Translations under genes and position numbers: made by a program
Notes under the pieces: model-generated
Database searches by the model: none
Told to the model about the DNA's origin: nothing
What the model saw: only the letters and a program-made list of their open reading frames with translations
In this document: positions 18,130-26,019 of the stretch, piece by piece
How the letters are laid out: every line of letters begins with the position of its first letter
Position numbering within the stretch: the first letter of the stretch is position 1
From: a virus
Length of the DNA stretch: 42,175 nucleotides
IMG/VR virus record: IMGVR_UViG_3300045988_088856
Location: 1-42,175 of that record
Reading direction: 5' to 3' (one strand)

Positions 18130-19370
18130 TCTTATATTTTGCAGATAAGAACCTGACTATTATCGGAAAGGCGTCCACGAATCTGCCAAAAGGCTATGAG
18201 GTGAAAAATGATAAAAAGACCGAAGACATAGAGACGCAGGCGGTGTCGTTTGAATGCGAGATTCCCTACGGGGATACGCCGGTAAAATGCGATAACCTGA
18301 CAACGCCAGGGAATTATATCCTGCGCCAGAACAGCGACGATATTAATGAGTTGTACCAGATCATTGAATCTGAGAAAGATACGGACGCCGGGATTATCCG
18401 GATCTATGGGGAAGATGTAGGGATGGATCTGCTGAACGAAGTGGCGCTTTCCTCTCCAAATGATACGCCGATATGGACGGTAACAGAAGCGGTGCAAAAT
18501 ACCATTGTGGATACTGGTTTTGTCATCGGCATCAATCAGTTGGCTGAATCCACAACAACAATGGCCTGCAGCTTTTCGGAGCAGACCCGCTCTGAGCGTA
18601 TCAAAGAGATTGCGGAGCTGTTTGAGTGTGAAACTGATTACCGGATAACACTGAGTGCGGACGGCCACACCGTGGAACACAAATATATTGACATATACAC
18701 GAAGCGGGGCACGGACAGCGGCGTGACGCTGCGTTTGGGTACCGATATCGACAGTATCGCCGTGACCAAGACGATCGAGAATCTGGCCACGTCCATTTAT
18801 GCCTATGGCGCCAATGATGCCGGTGGGAATCCGATCACGCTGGCCGGATACAGCTATGATGACGGCGACTTTGTTGTGGCGGCTCAGACATTTGATGACC
18901 GGGACGGGAACGGGACGCCGGATACCGGTTACTGTATCCAATCCCGGAAAGCCCTGGAAAAGTGGGGCCGGATGGTAGACGGCCAGAAGCGTCACATCAC
19001 GAAGCCCTATAATGTCGATACAGTGGATCAGGCCACGCTGTTCAGTGAATCACTAAAATATCTGAAATCTATCTGTGATATCGCAGTAAATTACGAGTGC
19101 AGTATCACGAACCTGCAGAAAAAGGTTTCCCTGGGTGATACGGTGACGGTCATTGATGAGGAAGGGCAATTGTTTTTGACCTCCCGGGTATTAAAGCTGG
19201 AGACGTCAGAGGCAGACAAGACGGTTACAGTCACGCTGGGAGAGCACCTGATCCAGTCCGGCGGCATCGCACAGTCAGTTCGGGACAGCGTTGCACAGAT
19301 GATTAGCAGTATAACATCGGCGCAAATGACAGAAATGACCGCAGACCAGGTCAGGGAAATATGCACGTAG
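18126..19370 (+). CDS. Tail-associated/baseplate hub protein (Tal-like N-terminal domain)
   Basis: ATG lies 6 nt after GGGAGGTG. The N-terminus MILYFADKNLTIIG is typical of this family in siphophages. Confidence 0.65.
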   Translation: MILYFADKNLTIIGKASTNLPKGYEVKNDKKTEDIETQAVSFECEIPYGDTPVKCDNLTTPGNYILRQNSDDINELYQIIESEKDTDAGIIRIYGEDVGMDLLNEVALSSPNDTPIWTVTEAVQNTIVDTGFVIGINQLAESTTTMACSFSEQTRSERIKEIAELFECETDYRITLSADGHTVEHKYIDIYTKRGTDSGVTLRLGTDIDSIAVTKTIENLATSIYAYGANDAGGNPITLAGYSYDDGDFVVAAQTFDDRDGNGTPDTGYCIQSRKALEKWGRMVDGQKRHITKPYNVDTVDQATLFSESLKYLKSICDIAVNYECSITNLQKKVSLGDTVTVIDEEGQLFLTSRVLKLETSEADKTVTVTLGEHLIQSGGIAQSVRDSVAQMISSITSAQMTEMTADQVREICT

Positions 19371-19385
19371 CAGGGAGGCGGAAAA

Positions 19386-19772
19386 ATGGCATTTATGGGT
19401 AGTGCGGCACTTGGCACCTTGTGGGAGCTTTTCAAAGAAAGAATATCAGGATATGAAATCACTGTATCAGCGGACGTACAGGCAGAAAACGCATTGACCG
19501 TGACGATTGCAAGAGCAGCGCAGGCATGCTTCGGCATCGTGACGATCCCGCCGGATAATACAACGGATACGGCAACAATCCCTGAAGGTTTTCGCCCTAC
19601 GGCGGAATATGCGATAACCGGAGAGGATTTTTCCATCGATACAGGCGGTACGGTCAGTATAAATTCGGCAGATACCGAGGAAAGGAACCTGGCATTTTTT
19701 TATTTTACAGATGATGACGTACCAGACGCAGCTTACGCGAAAGGGGTGAAGGATGATGAGCTTACAGATTGA
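19386..19772 (+). CDS. Hypothetical baseplate/fibre protein
   Basis: Called from its position in the tail tip module and its GGGAGG RBS. Confidence 0.5.
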   Translation: MAFMGSAALGTLWELFKERISGYEITVSADVQAENALTVTIARAAQACFGIVTIPPDNTTDTATIPEGFRPTAEYAITGEDFSIDTGGTVSINSADTEERNLAFFYFTDDDVPDAAYAKGVKDDELTD

Positions 19773-20244
19773 CAATGACCTTCGGACGATTTCTATACCG
19801 GAAGATATCACATTTCTTGGTGTGGCCGGCGACAAAAATGTGAGGGTTTTGGAATTTACCATGCCATCTACATATGGGGATATTGATCTGTCCGGTTATG
19901 ATATCGTCATCAATTACAAGAACATCGAACGGGGACGGATGCGCAAAAGTGAGGGCAGTTATGCAATCGCTGGAGCTGCGGTCTTGGATGACACGATCAC
20001 ATTTGCCTGGCAGATCGGCGCAGAGCCATGTAAATACCATGGGGATACCTGGTTTTCTGTTTCCCTGATAAACGGGGATAGTAATGTATTCAACACGCAA
20101 TGGGTCAGCCTGCCGGTGCTGCAGAAACAGATGTGCCCGCAGCCGGCTGAAAATGAAGCAGGTGGCGAAACTATCGTGATAGACATGGGCAATGTGACAT
20201 TGTCGGTCAGTGATGAAAACCTGATCATAACGGGAGGTGCATAA
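19753..20244 (+). CDS. Baseplate upper protein-like (BppU N-domain-like)
   Basis: The N-terminus LQIDNDLRTISIPEDITFLGVAGDKNVRVLEFTMP resembles the BppU_N family, and the position fits. Confidence 0.55.
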   Translation: MMSLQIDNDLRTISIPEDITFLGVAGDKNVRVLEFTMPSTYGDIDLSGYDIVINYKNIERGRMRKSEGSYAIAGAAVLDDTITFAWQIGAEPCKYHGDTWFSVSLINGDSNVFNTQWVSLPVLQKQMCPQPAENEAGGETIVIDMGNVTLSVSDENLIITGGA

Positions 20245-20245
20245 G

Positions 20246-20434
20246 ATGGACGTGACAATCAAGGGGATGCAGATACAGGGCACACTGTATTTATTCAAAG
20301 ATGCGGTGGCAAGGGCAACTACGGCAGATTTAAATACCAAGATAGCAATCACGCAAGACGATATTGATGAGGTCTGCGTGACGACAGAGCAGGCAGAAGT
20401 GGTAACATCAACAGGAACGGAGGGCGATGTATAA
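20246..20434 (+). CDS. Small hypothetical protein with ITQDDIDEVCVTTE motif
   Basis: ATG follows GGGAGGTG. The C-terminal motif is repeated in the ORF at 25817. Confidence 0.55.
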   Translation: MDVTIKGMQIQGTLYLFKDAVARATTADLNTKIAITQDDIDEVCVTTEQAEVVTSTGTEGDV

Positions 20435-20895
20435 TGGCAACAGCATTAACATTAAAACAGGCGATTGCAGCAGTATGGCAGAAATTCATGGGAGTGATTG
20501 GATATGCAGACATTTCCGGCATTGGCGACGGGACAGTCAAGGGCGCCATTGCTGGATTAAATGGGAATACAGTATTTTATGCAAATGCTTTTTCTACTCA
20601 GCAGGGAGCGACAATAAACAGCGACTACACTTACGCCATTAAACAAGGAAAGATTGTTCATTTAGTTATACGGTTCACAACTGGGCAATACAAAGATGTT
20701 TCCTTGCGCATGATTCAGCTGCCGGAAGCACTTAAGCCAGCAAGAAGCTCTCATCCATTTGCGTGCGAAACATGGCAAACAGGAGTTGGCCAAGTCCAAC
20801 TAAATGCCGAAGGCTGCCATATACGTCCAACAACAGGAACGAAGGTGTCTACTGATTATACTTTAGATTGCGTATATATTGCCGCCGATTATTAA
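20434..20895 (+). CDS. Receptor-binding protein: constant N-terminus (aa 1-45) plus currently expressed cassette 1
   Basis: The start is coupled as TAATG. At 153 aa and placed after a BppU-like gene, it resembles a BppL-type RBP. Crossover site A encodes L42-N45. Confidence 0.7.
   Translation: MATALTLKQAIAAVWQKFMGVIGYADISGIGDGTVKGAIAGLNGNTVFYANAFSTQQGATINSDYTYAIKQGKIVHLVIRFTTGQYKDVSLRMIQLPEALKPARSSHPFACETWQTGVGQVQLNAEGCHIRPTTGTKVSTDYTLDCVYIAADY
20556..20569 (+). repeat. Shufflon crossover site A (ATTAAATGGGAATA)
   Basis: This 14-mer is identical to sites B (inverted) and C. Confidence 0.8.
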
Positions 20896-21152
20896 TAGAA
20901 TCCAATGATAGTCACGTGATAAACTCCCGCGCTGGAAGCTGTGCAATACATAGTTGTATTATTTTCAACCGTCGCATTACAGACATATGTGGTTCCCGAC
21001 CGCCGACCGCCAATAGCAACTACTTTTTTGGCTGATGGATATTCTGTTGATACGTCAACAGCGCCACTGGAATGACCGCCTTCTGGAAGACTCGTGCCAA
21101 TTTCGACTTGAATCTCCCGGTATTGGATTTTATTAGTTATATTCCCATTTAA
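20892..21152 (-). other. Silent RBP cassette 2 (start-less 86-codon open frame)
   Basis: I translated it codon by codon: LNGNITNKIQYREIQVEIGTSLPEGGHSSGAVDVSTEYPSAKKVVAIGGRRSGTTYVCNATVENNTTMYCTASSAGVYHVTIIGFY*. A TGA lies immediately 5' of the Leu codon. Its stop overlaps the cassette 1 stop. Confidence 0.75.
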
Positions 21153-21153
21153 T
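21140..21153 (-). repeat. Shufflon crossover site B (inverted ATTAAATGGGAATA)
   Basis: The + strand reads TATTCCCATTTAAT. Confidence 0.8.
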
Positions 21154-21246
21154 CAATTAATGGATTGGTGTATTGGTTGGTGTATGGGATTGGTGCAACC
21201 TTTTCTGTATAATTTGATTATCAATTATACGGAGGAGGTATTTTTT

Positions 21247-22239
21247 ATGAAGGAAAAGCTGATATCTGCTGTATTGGAGAAGATGCATGGACATCTGCAG
21301 CCTGATCAGGCGACGATGCTGCAGTGGGTGATGTCGGTTGTGCTGGACGATTATTCGGTGGAGCGAAAATCCACCGAAGTCACCGTGTACGATGGCAGCG
21401 CGGAGGAGTATGCAAAGAGATTTTTGGTGGTCAAACATCTGGCGGGGTGCTCTGAGAGGACCATCGAATCATACCGTTTTAACTTGCAGAAATTTATCCT
21501 GAATCTGCGGCGGCCATTGCTGGAAACAGATACAAATGACATCCGGTGTTATCTGGCGGCGTACAAGGAGCGGCGGAAAGTCAGCAATACCACCCTGAAT
21601 AATATGCGCGCCAGCTTATCCAGTTTCTTTACGTGGTTGCATGAGGAAGGGCTGATTGCCAAAAACCCAATGCGCCGGATTCCGCCGATTAAGGCACCGA
21701 AGGTAATCCGCCAACCGTTTACGCCGGAGGATATGGAGCACCTGCGGATGGAGTGCCAACAGGAACGCGATCTGGCCATTATGGAATTTTTGTATTCCAC
21801 CGGCGTTCGCGTCAGCGAAGCAGTACAGCTAAACCGTGACCAGATTAATTTTATTGAAGGAGAGTGTATCGTATATGGAAAGGGGGCGAAAGAGCGGGAA
21901 GTATTCATCAATCCGCGGACATGTATCCATTTGAAAAAGTATCTGGATTCCCGGACGGACAACAACCCAGCATTATTTGTCTGGACGAAAAAACCGCATC
22001 GGAGACTATCCGAAAAGGGAATCTGGGCGTTGCTGCATAATCTGGGGCAGCGGGCCGAAGTGGAGAAAACGCACCCGCATCGATTCCGGCGGACACTGGC
22101 AACTGATGCCCTGAATCGGGGGATGCCGTTGCAAGAGGTGCAGCAGATGCTAGGGCATGAAAAGGCGGATACAACGTTGATTTACTGTACAGTGACCAAA
22201 GATAGTGTAAAGATGTCGCATCGTAAATATATAGCATAA
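21247..22239 (+). CDS. Tyrosine site-specific recombinase (XerC/D / Rci-like), candidate shufflon invertase
   Basis: ATG follows GGAGGAGG. It has an N-terminal SAM-like domain, Arg in STGVRVSEA, HRFRRT, LGH and the catalytic Tyr in LIYCTV. Confidence 0.85.
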   Translation: MKEKLISAVLEKMHGHLQPDQATMLQWVMSVVLDDYSVERKSTEVTVYDGSAEEYAKRFLVVKHLAGCSERTIESYRFNLQKFILNLRRPLLETDTNDIRCYLAAYKERRKVSNTTLNNMRASLSSFFTWLHEEGLIAKNPMRRIPPIKAPKVIRQPFTPEDMEHLRMECQQERDLAIMEFLYSTGVRVSEAVQLNRDQINFIEGECIVYGKGAKEREVFINPRTCIHLKKYLDSRTDNNPALFVWTKKPHRRLSEKGIWALLHNLGQRAEVEKTHPHRFRRTLATDALNRGMPLQEVQQMLGHEKADTTLIYCTVTKDSVKMSHRKYIA

Positions 22240-22321
22240 CTTGTAAGTAATCCTTACAGGTTCATTTAAGCCTGCGGAAACGGAGGTTTTATTTGTATGT
22301 CATGATTTCGTAACTATAAAT

Positions 22322-22347
22322 AAGGTTCGCTCTTAATTAAATGGGAA
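22322..22347 (+). repeat. Left arm of 26-bp inverted repeat (AAGGTTCGCTCTTAATTAAATGGGAA)
   Basis: It matches the reverse complement of 22931-22956 at 25 of 26 positions. Confidence 0.9.
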
Positions 22348-22349
22348 TA
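22336..22349 (+). repeat. Shufflon crossover site C (ATTAAATGGGAATA)
   Basis: Identical 14-mer. TAA at 22334-22336 immediately precedes the TTA AAT GGG frame. Confidence 0.8.
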
Positions 22350-22687
22350 TGAACTGGTCCGATGCAATCACCCTGGGATCTACTTACGGCATTGAAATGA
22401 AATATCGGTATAATGCCAAATTTGTAGAAATACAATACGGTGGGACATTACCTGATGGTGTTGGATTTGGTGCAGGTACAAATGGTTATGAGTTTCCATC
22501 TATGCCGGAAGAATTCCTTCCAGGTTCAAATATTCGGCAACCGATTTTTTGCCCTGGGAACGGAAACAAACTATGTATTCGTATATATCCGTGGGCTACA
22601 GACAAATGGTCTATAGCCCCTGGAAGTATGGGGCTTACCTCCGTACCAGAGTATATTGCAGGAACGTTCGTATACGCTAGAAGGTAG
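22337..22687 (+). other. Silent RBP cassette 3
   Basis: The frame LNGN-MNWSDAITLG...FVYARR* opens exactly at the crossover site. There is no RBS before the internal ATG at 22349. Confidence 0.7.
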
Positions 22688-22695
22688 ATATATGA

Positions 22696-22941
22696 TTATT
22701 CGAAATAAATAACCCTAATATAATAATTTCCGGATGTAACGGAATTTCCTGTCCACGGATTAAAGACTCGATACCAAGCTTGACTATCAGTCGACATTTG
22801 TCGGAGTTCGTATTGTTCGTTTAATAAGATAACATTTATTAAACGTTCGTCAGAACAAATATGCCTTACATTAAACATACCGTGCTCGTTGAGAGTTACT
22901 GAATCATGTTTATACACAATTCTTGTTAACTTCCCATTTAG
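22696..22941 (-). other. Silent RBP cassette 4
   Basis: The frame LNGKLTRIVYKHDSVTLNEHG...YYIRVIYFE* opens at site D, with TAA immediately 5'. It is convergent with cassette 3, with an 8-nt gap. Confidence 0.7.
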
Positions 22942-22942
22942 T
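22929..22942 (-). repeat. Shufflon crossover site D (inverted ACTAAATGGGAAGT, 12/14)
   Basis: The + strand reads ACTTCCCATTTAGT. Confidence 0.7.
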
Positions 22943-22956
22943 TAAGAGCGAACCTT
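22931..22956 (-). repeat. Right arm of 26-bp inverted repeat
   Basis: The + strand reads TTCCCATTTAGTTAAGAGCGAACCTT. Confidence 0.9.
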
Positions 22957-22997
22957 CACGGGACCTTCGGGTCTTTTTTTTGATGGAGGTAATAAAA

Positions 22998-23543
22998 TTG
23001 GGAAAATTATTTGATATTATTCCGACAACAAACAAAGCAAGAAAAAAGAAGTATCCATACAAGATCAAGTTTACGGATGGACGTGTAGTACCACTGCCAT
23101 CACAGTACGATTTTACAGACAGCAGCTTTATCCGCCGGCATGGCTGTATTATAGCCGCTTTTTATATGGGTCTGCGATTTGTTGGCGTAAAAAAATCAAT
23201 GAAAAAATGTCTGAAATATTTGCAGGAGAATCATCCGAAGGGTAGTCATATCAATTACTGTCTGCGACAGGTTTGTACAGCTATTAATAAACTGGCTCCG
23301 GGAACTCCGGCAAAGTTTTATGAGAAAATCAGTAAAGCGGAAATGAAGAAAGCTCTGAAAAATGGTCATATGGTTTTGTATACCGAGAAAAATCCGGTAC
23401 ACACGGCCGTTATCCTGTGGAATGGCCGGAAATTTAAACGATTTTCAGACGGCAAATACAAGTCGGTAACGGTAGCCTGGGAGATTCGCAAACGCTATGT
23501 TAATGACTGGTACGGCGGCTGCGTGGTTGTCAAAAAATCATAG
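22998..23543 (+). CDS. Hypothetical protein, possible papain-like Cys/His fold
   Basis: TTG lies 8 nt after GGAGG. RRHGCIIAAFYMG and PVHTAVILWNG could form a Cys-His dyad, which is speculative. The track start at 22923 would span crossover site D and was rejected. Confidence 0.45.
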   Translation: MGKLFDIIPTTNKARKKKYPYKIKFTDGRVVPLPSQYDFTDSSFIRRHGCIIAAFYMGLRFVGVKKSMKKCLKYLQENHPKGSHINYCLRQVCTAINKLAPGTPAKFYEKISKAEMKKALKNGHMVLYTEKNPVHTAVILWNGRKFKRFSDGKYKSVTVAWEIRKRYVNDWYGGCVVVKKS

Positions 23544-23550
23544 TATTATT

Positions 23551-23577
23551 CGGCGGTCCAGAGGGCCGCCTTTATTT
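23551..23577 (+). terminator. Rho-independent terminator
   Basis: Stem GGCGGTCC/GGGCCGCC with a 3-nt loop, followed by TTTATTT. Confidence 0.6.
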
Positions 23578-23601
23578 ATAAACATAAGGAAGGAGACAAG
23601 G

Positions 23602-23910
23602 ATGGACACACCAATCACACGGGCAGAGCACGAGGAATTTCGCCGCAGGCTGGAAGAAGAAAATCGCCGCCAGGATAAACGGATTGGCCTGCTGGAAGAA
23701 AATACGAAGCAAATCGGCGCGCTGACAATATCCGTGGAAAAATTAGCGTTAAGTATTGAAAGCATGGTCAAAGAGCAAGAGTCACAGGGCGAGCGCCTGC
23801 AGGTCCTGGAGGGGAGGGATGGAGAGAAGTGGAGAGCTGCAGCCAGTTATGTTTTAACTGTGATTTTAGGAATTGTCATTGGATACATATTTAAGTTGAT
23901 TGGAATGTAG
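23602..23910 (+). CDS. xhlA: XhlA-like lysis-associated membrane protein
   Basis: ATG follows AAGGAAGGAG. It has a coiled-coil N-terminus and a single C-terminal TM (ASYVLTVILGIVIGYIFKLIG), as in PBSX XhlA. Confidence 0.65.
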   Translation: MDTPITRAEHEEFRRRLEEENRRQDKRIGLLEENTKQIGALTISVEKLALSIESMVKEQESQGERLQVLEGRDGEKWRAAASYVLTVILGIVIGYIFKLIGM

Positions 23911-23923
23911 GAGGTATAAAAAG

Positions 23924-24160
23924 ATGTTTAAAAATAGCGTATTGAAACCGGATGTTGACACAGTAGAATGGTGCAAAAAAGCCGGCATCCGTGCAGTAAA
24001 AACCATGGCACAGTCTGCGATCGGCGCGATCGGCGCCGCAGCCACAATGGGCGCGGTCGATTGGCGCATTGTCGGATCCACCGCGGCACTGGCAGGGGTG
24101 CTGTCAATATTGACATCAGTAGCCGGTATCCCGGAGGTAGAAGGGACGGTGAGTGAATAA
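23924..24160 (+). CDS. Holin (phi LC3 / LLH-type)
   Basis: ATG follows AGGAGG. The sequence AGIRAVKTMAQSAIGAIGAAATMGAVDW...ALAGVLSILTSVAG has two hydrophobic segments. Confidence 0.7.
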   Translation: MFKNSVLKPDVDTVEWCKKAGIRAVKTMAQSAIGAIGAAATMGAVDWRIVGSTAALAGVLSILTSVAGIPEVEGTVSE

Positions 24161-25053
24161 TGGCAGTACAATCGGTCAAGGCCAAAATAAACGGCCAGAC
24201 AGTTAATTTGACCTATAATGATGGAACCGGTTTCTGGGAAGCGACGACAACGGCGCCAACGTCGTCATCTTATAATCAGCCTGGACATTATTACGGCGTG
24301 GAGATTACGGCTACAGACGATTCTGGCAATGACACGACCATCAACGCATCAACGGGCGATTTCCAGGAAGAATGCCAGCTGATCGTAAAAGAGAAGATTG
24401 TACCGGTCATCACGATCAACAGTCCAACATCAGGGGCGCATATCACGAACAATAAACCGACCATCCAGTTTAGTATCACCGATGATGATTCTGGCGTAGA
24501 TCCGGATACGATCACGGTCAAGATTGACAACGGCAGCGCCATATCGACAGGCATCACAAAGACTCCATCCGGCAAGGGATATACCTGTTCGTATACACCG
24601 GAAACAGCGCTGGGTGATGGCAGCCATACCATTTACATCAATGCCAGTGACCATGACGGAAATGCGGCGGCCCAGAAGTCGGTGCAGTTTACCGTGGATA
24701 CAGTGGCACCAACGCTCAATATTTCTTCACCGGCTGATAACTTAAAGACTAATGAAGACTCTGTAACGGTATCTGGTACGACCAATGACGCAACGTCTAG
24801 TCCGGTTACATTGACTATTAATGGTGACCCGGTGACAGTTCAGTCCAATGGTTCATTTAGCAAAGTGGTCAACCTGACTGAGGGCGAGAATACCATTACT
24901 ATCATTGCTACCGACAGCGCTGGAAAGAGCACGACTATTGTCCGTCACGTAACGAAAGATACTGGGGCACCGGTATTTGTAAGCGTGGAAATTGTTGATA
25001 ATCCGGTGGACGCCGGGGATACATATGTGATCCGCGTCAAAGTTACGGACTAA
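24160..25053 (+). CDS. Ig-like repeat structural/adhesion protein
   Basis: It has repeated Ig-like modules (VPVITINSPTSG..., VDTVAPTLNISSPADN..., TGAPVFVSVEIVDNPV). Confidence 0.6.
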   Translation: MAVQSVKAKINGQTVNLTYNDGTGFWEATTTAPTSSSYNQPGHYYGVEITATDDSGNDTTINASTGDFQEECQLIVKEKIVPVITINSPTSGAHITNNKPTIQFSITDDDSGVDPDTITVKIDNGSAISTGITKTPSGKGYTCSYTPETALGDGSHTIYINASDHDGNAAAQKSVQFTVDTVAPTLNISSPADNLKTNEDSVTVSGTTNDATSSPVTLTINGDPVTVQSNGSFSKVVNLTEGENTITIIATDSAGKSTTIVRHVTKDTGAPVFVSVEIVDNPVDAGDTYVIRVKVTD

Positions 25054-25057
25054 GCCT

Positions 25058-25642
25058 ATGGTTGTTCGACTGGAAGGCAAAGTGCAGGGACAGGATATCA
25101 TATTTAAGCATGTGAAGGGGGATGACTGGGAGGCGGTCATCCCCAAAAATCTGACAGGTATCTATATCATAGAATTGACAGCCTATGATGACAATGGGAA
25201 TACGGCATTTACGACGCGATATATCTTAACGGTCGACTTGGATGCGTTATGTATCCATCTGGAACCGTATCCTTTCTGGGCTGATATATTGCCAGATACT
25301 TTTTGTGCGAATATCCTGCCCGGGAATTATTACGCGCGGCTATGTCATGGGGGTGATAGTATAAATAGTTTGAAAATTGTGATGGATTTAGGAGAGACCC
25401 GGCATGTGCAATTAAAAATCTGTTCATCGGTGAAGGATGATTTCAATATTCTGGACGCCACCTACGTGCTGCAGAAAATGGGCGATCAGGAAGCGGAAGA
25501 CAGCGGAAGATGCGTGATTCGGGAGCACATCATCGATACAGTCATCACCCCGAAAGAATCTGGTACATATATATTCCGGGTGACCTATACCATTGCTGAT
25601 GAGGTTTTAATCGACACGGTGGAAGTGAAGGTGATGGGATGA
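25058..25642 (+). CDS. Hypothetical structural protein
   Basis: Called as an ORF with compact spacing. No family was recognised. Confidence 0.5.
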   Translation: MVVRLEGKVQGQDIIFKHVKGDDWEAVIPKNLTGIYIIELTAYDDNGNTAFTTRYILTVDLDALCIHLEPYPFWADILPDTFCANILPGNYYARLCHGGDSINSLKIVMDLGETRHVQLKICSSVKDDFNILDATYVLQKMGDQEAEDSGRCVIREHIIDTVITPKESGTYIFRVTYTIADEVLIDTVEVKVMG

Positions 25643-25812
25643 CAGCCAATATAAAAATAACAGGCGTAAATATCACGCCGAACCCTGTGCAGACAAAATC
25701 GACAATCCGGCTGTCCGTAAAGGTAGAAAAGAAATTGTTCGGTCTGTCCACGGCAGCTGGAAAGATTCTGATTCGCGCCGACGGCAGGCCGATCGTAACG
25801 ACGAAGGGGTGA
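25639..25812 (+). CDS. Small Ig-like protein (57 aa; below track cutoff)
   Basis: The start overlaps as ATGA. MTANIKITGVNITPNPVQTKSTIRLSVKVE resembles the C-terminal module of the 24160 ORF. Confidence 0.45.
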   Translation: MTANIKITGVNITPNPVQTKSTIRLSVKVEKKLFGLSTAAGKILIRADGRPIVTTKG

Positions 25813-25816
25813 TGAT

Positions 25817-26014
25817 ATGGACGAAGGAATTTTAATCAAAGATTTGACATCGACCAGTACGCTGTCTGATACAGAATATATGATAACTGGCTCATCGGAC
25901 ATCAAGAAAATTTCTATGGCCAATTTTATTTCCCAAGTAAAAGCAAAGCTGGGCTATGGGGATATCACGCAAGACGATATCGATGAGATTTGTGTAACGA
26001 CAGAAGGAGAGTGA
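25817..26014 (+). CDS. Small hypothetical protein with ITQDDIDEICVTTE motif
   Basis: The C-terminal motif and ~45 nt of DNA resemble 20349-20393. Confidence 0.5.
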   Translation: MDEGILIKDLTSTSTLSDTEYMITGSSDIKKISMANFISQVKAKLGYGDITQDDIDEICVTTEGE

Positions 26015-26019
26015 TTAGT

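Noticed and set aside
21160-21246. Upstream extension of the recombinase ORF (track start at 21160).
   Set aside because: There is no RBS at 21160. A strong GGAGGAGG sits at the right distance from the ATG at 21247, and the extension begins 6 nt from crossover site B.
22923-22997. TTG start at 22923 for the 206-aa ORF.
   Set aside because: That start would read through crossover site D and the right arm of the inverted repeat. GGAGG-N8-TTG at 22998 is a much better start.
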